Positions 48,079 through 64,000 of a stretch of DNA of 64,000 nt are shown here, in pieces. Both the position numbers and the translations under genes were made by a program. The notes under the pieces are model-generated. The model was given only the letters and a program-made list of their open reading frames with translations, had not been told where the DNA came from and did not search any database. The stretch covers positions 3,684 through 67,683 of the forward strand of contig JAUCBJ010007091.1 in the NCBI GenBank assembly GCA_032718475.1, given 5' to 3'. How positions within the stretch are numbered: position 1 is the first letter of the stretch; every line of letters starts with the position of its first letter. The stretch is from Nemertoderma westbladi (taxonomy: Eukaryota > Animalia > Xenacoelomorpha).

Positions 48079-49814
48079 AAGGTGTTGAAGGAGGATTCAC
48101 GACTGCATGTGGCCCTGGACAGGGAATTTGGCTATCCTGCGAAGATTATCCGACAAACCTTAAGGGGAATAACATCAGGCGGACTCGCAGATAACCCTGT
48201 TAGCATCAAGACTTTCGCTAACAAAGTAGAGAAAGCGCTAATAGGATTAAAGACTCTAGATGCACCTTACGAACTCAATGCATCGAACAACATCACCACG
48301 ATAGCGCAGGCACTACCGATCTGGCTGAGAAACAAATGGAGAAAGATCGCTTTCTCCACTCGAGAAAAGAAAGGTGTGGAGCCAGGGTTGGAGGAAATAT
48401 CGAACTTCCTTAACTACGAGGCGGAGTTAATAACAGATCCAGTCTATAGTGAGGACAGTCTAGGAAAGGCACCAAGAATGGAATACAGCCGACCTAAACC
48501 CGAATATAGTGCGGCAAATGCACTTCCGAAGGTGAGGCAGTCGCTACCATATGCGGCCACACAGGGGACTTCTATTCCACAAAGCGCTGGGAGTAGAGCC
48601 ACACCGTGGCATTGACAGAAGCAAAGTAACAACACAAACAAATACAAACCTAATACTCCCAGTAGGCCGAGTCCAAGTAACTAAAACACTAAACCACTAG
48701 ATATAAATCTACGTGCAATACGTGATGAGCTATACAAGGAACGCTACAACCCCGAATACAAATGCCAATTACATAGGTTCGGTACACATAAGACCATAGA
48801 CTGCATGCATTAGCAGGCGTTACTTAAACAAGATCGGGTAGCCTACACGGGTAAGAATGGACTATGTCATGACACAGGAAGGATGAGTCCCAGGAACAGC
48901 CGGTAAAATATGGCGAGACTGATGGGACTGCAGGCCAGACGATGGCGACAAGCACCCTGGGAGCAAAGAAGAGGGGAACGGTACTACTCAGGGTAGTACC
49001 AGTGAGAATAATGGGGGAGAACGAGCTATCGGTTACGACGCTAATGCTGGTCGATAGCGGAGCTGCGTTCACGCTAGCGGAAAGTTGGGTGGCCGAAAGG
49101 ATAGGGTTACGGACAAAGCCAAGTAAGATGGCGGTAACCACTATTTCCAGAAAGGACGAGGTCATGAGAATGAGAACGGGATGATGCGAGATAGCAGCGA
49201 TAACACCAGGGTGCGATTATGGGGCTACCATCGAACCCATTCAGATAATAGAATCGATCAATATTAACGCCAGGAGACCCACAAAGATCGAGGTCGAGCA
49301 ATACCAGTACCTGGATAATATCGACTTCTCCGTGCCTGAACTGGATGTCCCGAAATTATCTCTCATAGTCGGCATGGACTGTCCGACAGCCCACGAGAGA
49401 CTACAGACCGTCTTTGGCGAGGATAGGAAGCGAGACCCGGTGGCCATTCTCACGCCATTCGGATGGACGCTCAGTGGCCCAATTAAGACCAGAATCCCGT
49501 TCAGCATGTCCGAATCCTTAGGGTGCATGTTCGCAGGAACAATGAGAGAAATGGAGGATGAGGGAGTAGAGGAGCAATTCAAGAGGCTGCTGCGGCAGGA
49601 CTTTGAGGGGCTGAAAGAGGCTGATTGATACCGAAGATACCGATGTATAAGATGGTAGTGCAGAACATGGAGGCCAAGTCGTCCTCGTTTACTACGACTA
49701 CAGCTGTAAGAGACACGGTGGAGGACAAAGAGGGGGAATACAGTGAGAAGGCAATTGACATGATTCGACGCGGATTCTATGTGGACGATGGAATGGGCTC
49801 TGGAAACTCGGTAT

Positions 49815-52800
49815 CACTCGGTATGTATGGTAAGTGAGCCCTTTGTCTCATCCTCGTATTTCAGTCAATTAGTCCCCAGTTCCACTAGCTAATTGGAAAA
49901 GGTTGCATCTGACTATAGTACATCATACGATGGTAATATTATCCCACTACAATTTATTGTTCTTATAAATCTTATTTGTATTATTCATAATTAGGATGGG
50001 GGCATTTTACTTCAGTCTACAATTCCATCGCTGCCTTCCAGGCATCCTGATGTTTTCCTGTCAGTAAATGACGTCAGCGAATACCATCTAGAATGTCGGT
50101 CTAGAACTTCTATCCCATCCTTCCAGCTCATCGTATTTTCTCTTTTATCTTCGTCCTGGCTTGGACGTTCCCTGCCATCCTGTTTGTTCTTAATCACGGA
50201 TGTATTTGCCACCATGGCTTGAGTGCAGTTGTTATCATCTCTTGATAACGCTTCGCTGGTGGTCCCATCAAGTATCCCTCCTACCCATACCCCTGGTTGC
50301 GCCCCTCGGGACGTTTCTTATCTCGCAGGATATAGGCACTCATAATAAATCACAAACTCCGCCCTGTTGTTTAATGACCAGGTGTCGCTGGGTATTGGTG
50401 ATCCCTCTGTATGGCGCGGTTGTTGTTACCTCCCATCAGCCCGGCGGGCAAATGGCAATTTCCTCCCGGCCAACCAAGGTTTTCCTTTATATGGAACATT
50501 CCACCTCTTTATGACATAGTCGTGGAGGATCCTGCTGATCATTTTATCCACCTTTACCCAGTGTCCCATGGATCCCCACTAGCCGTTACTTCTGTCACTG
50601 CTTCTCCGCCATCCCGATTCCCCTCTCTCACCAAACTGGTGGTGCCTTGCAAAGGTCCAGAAGGGCAAGAGATAACTAACTTCTGTTCTAATTAGTGTCA
50701 AATCAGTGATGGCCTACCTCCGATCTACCCTTTGTACGTGTACATGTTCCCCCAATATGTCCGTTACCCCTTAGTCATGCCTCTAGCTAGACTATACATG
50801 GTCCCATTGACCCAGCTTTAGTATTGGTCCCATTGACCCAGCATAAGTATTGTTCCCATTGACCCGGTGTAAGCATTGGTCCCATTGATCCAGCGTAAGT
50901 AATGGTCCCATTGACCCGGTGTAAGTATTGGTCCCATTGACCCGGTGTAAGTATTGGTCCCATTGACCTGGCGTAAGTATTGGTCCCATTGACCCGGCTT
51001 AAGTATTGGTCCCATTGACCCAGCGTAAGTTATGTTTTTATTTCATTATTTTTTATTTTTATTTTGTGGGAAGGGTGTATCGCCCTCATTCCCATACCCT
51101 CCATCCAACTTATTGGATGACTTATCAACCTAAGGGCGATTCTTCCAGCAGGCAACTCTCCTACTGCCCCCCTATAGGTCCTCTTATTCTTCGCCCCACT
51201 CTCCTTGTCAATCCTAACTCCCTCAGATCTGACCTTCCCTTCTCCTCCTCCCTAAGATCGGATCTTTCCGTCACCCCACAGAACTCCTCATCATCCCCTG
51301 ATGGAAAAATGTCACCCTTCATCTCATCCTCACTGGTACATGCCACCTCTGCTGGCCTCCCCCTCAATATATGCGCCGGCGTTAAAGCCTCCGATGACCC
51401 TTGGTCATCACTCGGTACACAAAATGGGTTAACATTTAATGCCCCCTCGTACTCTGCCAGCCCCGTGTACAACACGTCTCCTCTAATTTCCCTGTTCCCT
51501 TCGTCACCCTTCGTCATCGGCTCCTCTCTCTTTGGATTAACCTTCTTACATCCTCTCCCTTTCCACATTGTCTTCTTATTTAATACCAGGGGTATCTGTA
51601 TACTCCTTATTTGGATTGGCATCTCTTCCATATATCTCTCCGGATATCTCGCCATCCAATCTTCCCCATCCTTGTACCGGACTGGTGTCTCTTCCGGACA
51701 TCTCTCCGGAAATCTCGCCATCCGCTCTTCCCCATCCTTATACTGATACTCGCCAGGAATGTTCAGTAAGACCTACAGTATGTCATGCAGTCTGAATGTG
51801 CTCCTCCAGACCGAAGTTTAATCTTCTCGAATATTCTGAGAACTCCTCCCCGCGACTACCATATCGTCGATCAGCAGCTACGTTCCAATGGGAAGTTTCC
51901 CTTCGATCCCTTCTTATCTCATCCTCCTCATCTCGGTATACTCTGTACCCCTCTCCCGGTGCGTAATATATGTCGGCAGGCTGTGTTTCTAAGGGGCAAC
52001 AGCAATCTCTCGAAGTATAACCCCACCAGCCCTCTCTCTCTACTTCAACTATCGACGGTTTGCTGTCCGTCCTATCTCGACATCTCCAGTTGCCCATAGC
52101 AACATTTCCTCGCTCGTTTCTATCACCCTCCTTGCGTCCTCTAGTCCTGGTGTTATATCTACATTCATGAGATCTCGTATCGACCTCCCAGATGAACTCT
52201 ACCATTCTCCTTCCATTTCCCGAGTGGGCTCGACATTCCCTCATTTGGCCATTCGCAACATGAACGCTTACTGAACTACTTACTCAACATTATTATTATT
52301 TAAATTATTTACCGAAGCATTATTTCCTGTATGAAATGTACCCTCGTTATTATTAAAGTTATCCACTACAGTATTGTTAATATTTGCATTCCCATTAAAC
52401 GTATTGTCATTACCCCCCCCCCCCCCCCCCCATCCGTCGGGTCACGCCAGTTTTGTGTTTGTCGTGTCATGTTTGTTGTTGTATTAACAAAGGTTTCCAT
52501 GACCCCTGGTTCCTCATAAATATTTCCCGAACCAGCTTCGCTCTCTGATAAACCCATTTTTGCCAGTTCAAATCGGCGCTTTTGTTTCGCCTGATACTGC
52601 ATTAACCCCCTCAACTGGGTATGCAATCATCCCGCATTATCTTACGAGCTATTTCCCTTTCCCTCTCCTCTCAAACACTCTGATCGGCTAACTCTGCCTC
52701 CCTTTGCTCGTTCACCTTTCTTTCCTCCCATTCTCTACGCTCACTCACTTCCCTTTCCTACCGTTCTCTGCGCTCACTCACTTCCCTCTCAACCCTCTCT

Positions 52801-54402
52801 GCCTCCCTCGCCTATTGCTCTCTATAGTCTCTCGCCACTTTCTCGGCCCTCTCTTTACACTCTCTCGCTAACCCTTTCTCCCTCTCTAACAGCGCAGTTC
52901 CCTCATCCAGCTATCTCTCTAATTCCTTTTGGTCTAATGCGACCATGTCAAGCTGACACATCAGATCTATCCCTAACACCCTTCTTGCTTTCGCGGAGGG
53001 TGTAGCAGACTTTTCGGTTGCGACAGACTCCCATTGCCTCCCAGGTTTACCAATTTTATCATGCCTGCCAGCGGTTTCACTAACGGACGCCACTGAATCC
53101 TCGGGGTTAACCTCTGCCCCGGCGTTGTGCGGATCCGCCCACCCTACTAACTTAATTCCCCGCGCATCCACCAGATAAGGCCATATGTACACTACACCAT
53201 ACGGCATTATTTCAGATCGCCACAATTCGAACAGTTCTGTGGCGACCCCTCTCGCCCTTTCACTCGCCAGTTCTCCCTGCCCAAATCGGGCTAGGTAGTG
53301 AAAATGTTTGTTATACTCACCGAGTCTCCGGTTCAACTTGGGCTCGCCTACCTTTACTCCTTCCTTAGACTCCTTTAGAGTCTTCACCGTGGCGTTATAT
53401 GCCCGTTGCAGGTGATCACTCGTCCCGACGTCCTCCTCCTCAACTTTTTGACTTCCTGTCCTCTTCCGGCATGGTACCGCTGGCCCCACCATTGCCATTC
53501 TGGTGGGCCGCTCGCCGCCTGTAGCCGCTGGTTGACTGGCGACTCCAGTACTCCTCTCACCGCTCCCATCCCATGTCGACTCCAGCTTCTAGTCCCCTTG
53601 TACCTGTCCACCTTCCTCCTCTACCACTGAATCATCTTTCCTCGGCGAATGCGGTGTGGCAGGCCGGTACCACCTCGTCTCCGCTTCCCAAATCGTTTGG
53701 TCTCGGTTGCTCAGGATCCCCTTCGAACCCTGGGGCATTCGTTGTTCACTCATCTCATTGGCGTGTCATTAGCGTGCTAAGCGTTTAGCGTGTCTGGTTT
53801 TCAACTGTGACGGGATCCCCGAGTTGGTGAGGGAATCCCGACTAGGTTTTGTCTTGGTTTTATACGTGTCGCCGCATCCGTTTACTGTGGCTGGAGAACT
53901 GAAAGGCCAAAGGCCGATGTAATAACAGAGTTTTGATGTTAATGTTGTTAATCTCAGATAAGTATACAAGTACCGGTAGTATAGCACAATCAGTAACACA
54001 ATGACAGGTGTGACGGTGACAACGACGACAGTTGAAAACCATTCGACTTCTGCTCACCCAATATTACCAACTAGCACAATTGACAGAGTAACGGTTGTAT
54101 ATTACATGGGACACATTACAACCTAGGTTTGGCTAACCAGTGGATGCGCTATAATTGGACACATGCTGTCCCTCCATTGGTCGATCTATATCCCTTAGCC
54201 AATCCCTAATTTTCCCTGGCCCTGTATTGGCCTTTCCGAGAGATGAGCTGATGCGCTGGCATCTCTCTTTTGCGGACAATATATCCTCATTCTCCCTCCT
54301 ATCCAATATTGTGTTAACAATATTGGATGGCTAATCATGATTCGTAAATCATGACTTTCCCCATTTTCCGCTGGGTGGTGCAGCAAATTGGATACGCTAA
54401 CA
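49815..54402 (-). mobile_element. Decayed LTR retrotransposon 5' part (LTR + gag-like region), related to the BEL fragment at 45921
   Basis: Starts TGTTAGCG on the minus strand at 54402; E/R-rich degenerate ORFs; ~51760-51989 is an inverted copy of 45922-46150. Confidence 0.55.
50797..51030. repeat. ~26-bp tandem repeat
   Basis: Tandem gtaagtattggtcccattgacccg. Confidence 0.9.
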
Positions 54403-55696
54403 AGTTCAGGTGATTATTTTGCAGCTCAAGTGATTACTTTGCCGCTCAAGCGATTACTTTACAGCTCAAATTATTACTTTGCAGCTCGAGTGATTACTTT
54501 ACAGCTCAAGTGATTACTTTGTAGATCAGGTGATTACTTTGCAGATTAAATGATTACTTTACTGCTCCCCTCTATTTCTGACAGATAATATAACAAAGTA
54601 GCATAGACTGTTATGGTTAGAATTTTAGAAATAATTGGTTTCAGTTAATCATCTAAAAACATCATCAATTCAGAATCAGTTTTTTTGTTATTATAGGAAT
54701 GTTACTTAATTTGTTTCTGCAATTGTGTTCCTTGCTATTTTATATTACTTATTTTGCTTAATTTAAGTTCAAACCACCATTTTTATTGATAAAGTTAATT
54801 GCGTCATAATATTTGTGTCTTTTACTCAAAATACATACATTCTTTTAATTGACGCCATCTAGTGCCATTATCTACATAGCCAATTTGGTTTGAATTCTTT
54901 ATCACCAGATGTCTAGGTGGCGCTGCACGCCTCTTCCTATAGCTGGTATATATACACTGTTGATCCAATAGCCCACTCACTTTTCGTGTTATTATTGTGC
55001 CATTAGTTGGCCAGCGAATGCATATTTATCCATGTAGAGGGTAAGAGCCCAGTCAACTTTAATTGACTGGTGATTATTACATCTAATGTCTGTTGAATGG
55101 TTTTCTGTTGTTAATAAATGAATTCTAATTATTTGTTACAGTATAATATTTGACATCATACTTGTTATTGCTGTTATTTGGTTAATATAATATCACTGAT
55201 ATCCCGAGATTAAATACATTTTACACACACCTAACCCAGGTAGGTCTCTATAGCTAAGCATTATTGATAACCTGGACAATTGTGTCAGATCTACGTGTGT
55301 TGTTATACCTCTAATTCAATAAATAATTAATCTATGGCGATATTTCAGACCCGTAATGCAAGCGAAGCTCTGAATATTAATGATAAATTATCATGATTGA
55401 GAGTTGTCATAAATTGAATACTGTAGCGATAATAATATAAACAGATACAGACTTGTCACAATACGTTTCCTCTAAAGTAAAACACAATCACCAGACTTGA
55501 GACAATCACCATCACACCCGACCCTCACGGTACTGTATGCTAGTGAAATATAATAGATGATCAATTACTGTAATAGACTGAGCGAAACATTGAGCAAATC
55601 AATACAATAGTGGGAAAAGGGGAATAGAGTGATACACTAGAACGGCTTTCCGTTGAAGGTACACTAGCGCAATTACCGTTTCAGTGTTTCAGACTG

Positions 55697-56280
55697 AGGA
55701 CCTTCGAATACGTAAGGGAAAGGCATGGGCAGCCTTGAATAGACTTTCCAGGATTTGGAAGTCACCGAGATTTAATCGGAAACTTAAGGTCCGATTATTT
55801 AGAGCTGCAGTAGTTCCAGTACTCCTCTTTGGGAGTCCATGCTGGGCTCTAACTGCTGAGGATACCAAATCTCTGGATGGCACATTCACAAGAATGCTAC
55901 GCCGGGTTCATTGTGTCAAGTACAATGCACACATCACCAACCTGACACTATATAACATTGGAGGTGTCTCATTGGTTCCCCTAAGCTTGACACTAGAACA
56001 AAATCGCCTCCGCTTTGCAGGACATTGCTTTCGCCGTGAGGACCAGCCAGTGCATAATCTTGTACTTTGGCAGCCTCATGGAGTGAATAAGCATGGTGGA
56101 CAGCCCATGACTTTCTTGAGACGCATCTTAAAGGACACTGGCCTTGAAGATGCAGATGATCTAGCAAATGTCATGGGTGATAGGGAGTTGTGGCGGCGCA
56201 ATTTTGTCGACAAGCCGGCACAGCATTCTTAAAAATGCAACTGCAATGCAGCATGCCGTTACTAGTAGTAGTAGTAGTAG
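55697..56280 (+). mobile_element. 5'-truncated RTE LINE with TSD
   Basis: RT C-terminal region, (TAG)n tail, TSD TTCAGACTG at 55688-55696 and 56281-56289. Confidence 0.85.
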
Positions 56281-56457
56281 TTCAGACTGGTTGTTTTTAC
56301 TCGCATTCTTACATGGTTTATTAAACAATCGGAAAGAGTCGAAATATATAAAAATAGTGATTAAAAACGTCTTTTTTGTCAAATGCGCTAACATAATTAA
56401 TTAATTACTTATAAATTACGCAATAATTAGAAGTTCATTTTTGAATGGGTAAATAAA

Positions 56458-58602
56458 TTAGATTGTTGTTGTATTAGTTTGCTGACTTTGCCTTCTGACT
56501 ATTGCCGAAATAGAATTATTGAAAATAGCTGATTGGTGCTCAGTTGCTGTATCAAATGTGACCGCCGTGTACGGGTACATGTCAGATCCAGATATTTTTT
56601 CAGTTGCTGTCTGAAATAAGGAAGATACATTTTCTTTGGGAAGTGACATAAGCAAAATCATCGACTCAAATTTACTCAGATTCTTTTCCCTTAGGTTGTG
56701 TATGTCTCGAAGTTTTAGTTCAGGAAACTCAGAATAATCCATAAAGATCTTATTAAACTTATGTAAATAATCGAGTCGGTTTAACAGAGCCAGAAATGGT
56801 ATCCATATCAGAATGATGAAAAGTAGACAACTCCCAAAAAGAACTGTCCATGTTGGTAAATCATCCTCAAGTTCATATTTGTGGGTTTTAATTGCGTCGA
56901 GTGGCTGGTACTTGAATGTCATCTCAGAAAATAATTTAAGGGTCTGCAGTGTTAAAATGATCGGAGCAAAATACCTCCAAATGATCATGAAAAATCCACT
57001 CGCCTTTTTACCAGTCATAGATTCGAAGTCAAACATTAATCGACTGAATACGCCTGGAGTCAGTGTTATAACATATGCAATTACCATGTTAATAATTGTT
57101 CCCGAAATATTATTAACAAAGTAATCTCCCACATTGCTAAGGTATTTACCAATTCTCAAGGTATATATTAAACTAATAGACCAGAAAATGAAACATATCA
57201 CCATCAACGTCAAATTGAATGATAACTTTGATCGTGTTTCTCGAATTAGACACGCAATTGTATACATAGTTGTAAGTATACTATCAGTTCCTAGGCACAC
57301 AAGTATAGTAAAGTAGGCTGCTGCCCAATATTGAGATAAATTCATCATTTCAAACATATCAGAAAGGTGCATGAAAGCAATGGTGTCTCCAGCTCCACTG
57401 CCACTAGTATAACTACTTAGTAAATATGTTGCGTTTGTAGAGCATTGATGAGTGACTCCATCTGACTTTGAATTTAATTCAATGCATTCTTGGGCATCCA
57501 GATTGGCCTTCCGCCCCAGATTGGCGTAAATAGTTAACGCGCCTAAGACGGACATTAGGTAATCCGCAGTTGCCACAATTTTTGCATCTTTATAAAAATC
57601 ATTTGTTCTTGGTAAGTAACTAGCCAAACAAAGATGAGCTCCTAAACCAATTTTGGAACTAACTATCGATCGCGTCAAAGCTGTCTTCCATCCCTGTGGG
57701 TCGAAAAATTTGCTGAAGTCAGGTTTAAGTAAATACTTGACACCAGATATCCCACCTTTAGAGGTAAATGCGTGTAGGAATAGAAATGTGGTCATTAAAA
57801 CCCCATATGGAACTGTAATCCGTAAAACCTTCGCTGTTGAATGAATACCACCAATCAAACAGATGTAAAATATAATCCATGCCACAGTACATGCAGCTAA
57901 GATTTTGTACGCAAAAATTGGTTGTGAAAAATCATTGAAATTTCCGGCCATTTGAAGTGAGGTCGTGTAATAAAAATACTCGCTGGCATTTATCCTTTCC
58001 ACACATTCCGCCACCGGGGTTTCATTTACATGCCACATAGACTCTAGTATTGTCTCGCTCTCGGTAGGGCAGATTCGCCAAGGGAGCGGGTCTTGTAATG
58101 ACATAAACAGATAGTAGAAACAATATGAAACATTAACGCTGTACATCATAACCCCTAAACTGCATCCCATTAGTGTGGCTACGCCAATTCCAGTGAAGCT
58201 CTTGTTAATCTGATACCACGAAAAGACGTGACTCCGCCGAAATCGCTGACCGATTCCCATTTCGATGGCCATTATCGGCATCCCGACAATGCAATGTGCG
58301 ACAGCGAATTGGATGAGAAAAATCAATCCACCGTTTTTCTCGACTATGTATGGGAAGTCCTTAAAGTTTGATGTGCCAACCGCGCACGCAATTGGTAATA
58401 GTAAATATTCCCACTTTGATGTAAACAGGTTTCTGGCTCTGGTCTTGTGGGAATCATCCAAAGCAAACTCGTATATTCTACGGTTAGTTTTTTCTTCAAC
58501 CGTCTCACCAGCTACTTCGGTGGCGCCTTCTCTAAATATATAAAAGTTGTTAGGTTCACTAAGTTTAGTTTCACTAAGCTTTGGTGTGAGTTGTTGAAAC
58601 AT
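56458..58602 (-). CDS. SLC6 (neurotransmitter/amino acid:sodium symporter) family transporter, single coding exon
   Basis: R..F.SK.EYLL..I..AVG..N...FPY...KNGG..FLI, GMP...IEMGIGQ, LPW..C, about 12 hydrophobic segments; first ATG at 58602. Confidence 0.9.
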   Translation of the reverse strand: MFQQLTPKLSETKLSEPNNFYIFREGATEVAGETVEEKTNRRIYEFALDDSHKTRARNLFTSKWEYLLLPIACAVGTSNFKDFPYIVEKNGGLIFLIQFAVAHCIVGMPIMAIEMGIGQRFRRSHVFSWYQINKSFTGIGVATLMGCSLGVMMYSVNVSYCFYYLFMSLQDPLPWRICPTESETILESMWHVNETPVAECVERINASEYFYYTTSLQMAGNFNDFSQPIFAYKILAACTVAWIIFYICLIGGIHSTAKVLRITVPYGVLMTTFLFLHAFTSKGGISGVKYLLKPDFSKFFDPQGWKTALTRSIVSSKIGLGAHLCLASYLPRTNDFYKDAKIVATADYLMSVLGALTIYANLGRKANLDAQECIELNSKSDGVTHQCSTNATYLLSSYTSGSGAGDTIAFMHLSDMFEMMNLSQYWAAAYFTILVCLGTDSILTTMYTIACLIRETRSKLSFNLTLMVICFIFWSISLIYTLRIGKYLSNVGDYFVNNISGTIINMVIAYVITLTPGVFSRLMFDFESMTGKKASGFFMIIWRYFAPIILTLQTLKLFSEMTFKYQPLDAIKTHKYELEDDLPTWTVLFGSCLLFIILIWIPFLALLNRLDYLHKFNKIFMDYSEFPELKLRDIHNLREKNLSKFESMILLMSLPKENVSSLFQTATEKISGSDMYPYTAVTFDTATEHQSAIFNNSISAIVRRQSQQTNTTTI

Positions 58603-59149
58603 CTTAAACACAAATATTAATGTTCTTTATTTCCATAAGCATTTCTGTTAAGTATCTTCATTTTTTAATTCCGATTTATGTTGTTTTTTTTAACTGCAAT
58701 CTCTCTGAAAGTACGAAAATAAGCTGAGATTAAATCCAGCACTAAGAGTATAGTTTTAACTATTTACATACTTGTGTGTAAAGTAGCACTTTTCAGTGTG
58801 CTGATCCGAGTGCCTTGTTACACGAACGAACGTTAGTGAGTGAGTGAAGATAAAGCCACGAGGATCAGAACACTGTAAAGTACTTTGCAACAAGTAGGTA
58901 TGTAGTTTTATTCCAAAATTGTAACATTACGAAATTATTGTATATATATTATGATAAGTGTTAGAAACTGCACAAAATAAATTAGTTGCTGTATTAATAA
59001 AGTAAAAATGACATAAATTATGTTATAAATGAGTTAGCTTATATTTATGTTGGCGTTGGCACTACTACAGAATATGTGTACCGGTACCCACGACCGTGTT
59101 TTTGTTGTAATAGCTAGTTTTTGCTACTATTTTTTAATGTTCTATGTCA

Positions 59150-59700
59150 TATTATCTATAGTTTTGTAAAAAAAAAAAATTTTCTAGAACAAATATTTTT
59201 TGTTCTGGAACAATAAAATAATAGATTTATTAGAAATTATTTCTTATGTGTAATAAATTGTTTAATTATCTATAAACGTTAATAGCTACTAATTTTCAGG
59301 CTAGCTAGTGATTTTGCAAGTTTAGCTCTCATTAAAAAAAAATAATTTTCAGAAATTATTTGTTATGTGTAATAAATTGTTTTTTTTAAATAATAGCCAA
59401 CTTGCAAAATCACTAGCTAGCCTAGAAATTGGTAGCTATTAATGTTCATAGATAATTAAACATTTAAATTTAACATAATAATAATTAAACATCATTAAAC
59501 ATTTATTACACATAACAAATAATTTCTGAAATTTTTTTTTAATGATAGCTACCGGTAAACTTTGAAAATCACTAGCTAGCCTGATAATTTGTAGTTTTTA
59601 ATGTTTATAGATAAATAAACTATTTATTACACATAGTGACAAATTTTTAATAATAATTTTTTTTTAATGTTCTAGAACAAAAAATTCTAGAATATAGAGT
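59150..59700. repeat. AT-rich foldback/inverted repeat array
   Basis: ggctagctagtgattttgcaag versus cttgcaaaatcactagctagcc; ttctagaac at both ends. Confidence 0.6.
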
Positions 59701-59999
59701 AAGAGAGGGTGACTAAATTTTAAGAGTTAATTTACGCATAGCTAACCCTCAGGCATATAATAACTTGTAACTCCACAGATTATTTATTTAGGGGCGATAT
59801 ATTTAAAAATTTAAGCTGCTAAATAAAGAAACCGGATAAAGAACACAAATAATAAGAGCAATACATAATAGTAATACATCTTACTGGTTTATATTGGTTG
59901 ATATTGGATATTGATACTGCAGTACCGATACAGCAAACGCTTTTTAATGCTGAAATAAGATTGTAAACCTAAAAATCAAGCAAAACCAAACTAGGTTCA

Positions 60000-63952
<3,953 letters not shown>

Positions 63953-64000
63953 GGACCCGCAACAGTTTTAGACGTTATGTATCAGAAAACATTTACTTGT

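Overview
Repeat-dense, AT-rich eukaryotic (invertebrate-like metazoan) DNA, not prokaryotic. The centrepiece is a complete ~20.2 kb Polinton/Maverick (adintovirus-type) endogenous virus at 8704-28872 with 320-bp AGTAGT-initiated TIRs and a perfect 6-bp TSD (AGCAAC). It is inserted into the 3' LTR of a decayed BEL/Pao retrotransposon. It carries pPolB, rve integrase, packaging ATPase, adenain-like protease, major capsid (split by a MITE), two tandem pentons and pX/pVI-like core proteins. It also carries unusual accessory genes: a stand-alone TATA-binding-protein (TBP)-like ORF, a PC4-like ORF and a RING protein. A second, orphan Polinton right end lies at 33347-35881. Host-type genes are an intronless Rac-like GTPase with dominant-negative-type substitutions (6141-6722) and a divergent single-exon SLC6 transporter (56458-58602). 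The window ends with an intact CRE-like RLE non-LTR retrotransposon ORF (Ulp1 protease + RT + RLE) whose stop codon abuts a decayed 3' fragment of histone H3. The rest is nested MITEs, Helentron-type elements, RTE/CR1 LINE fragments, SINEs, BEL fragments and minisatellites. All protein assignments are by-eye motif recognition, not database searches.
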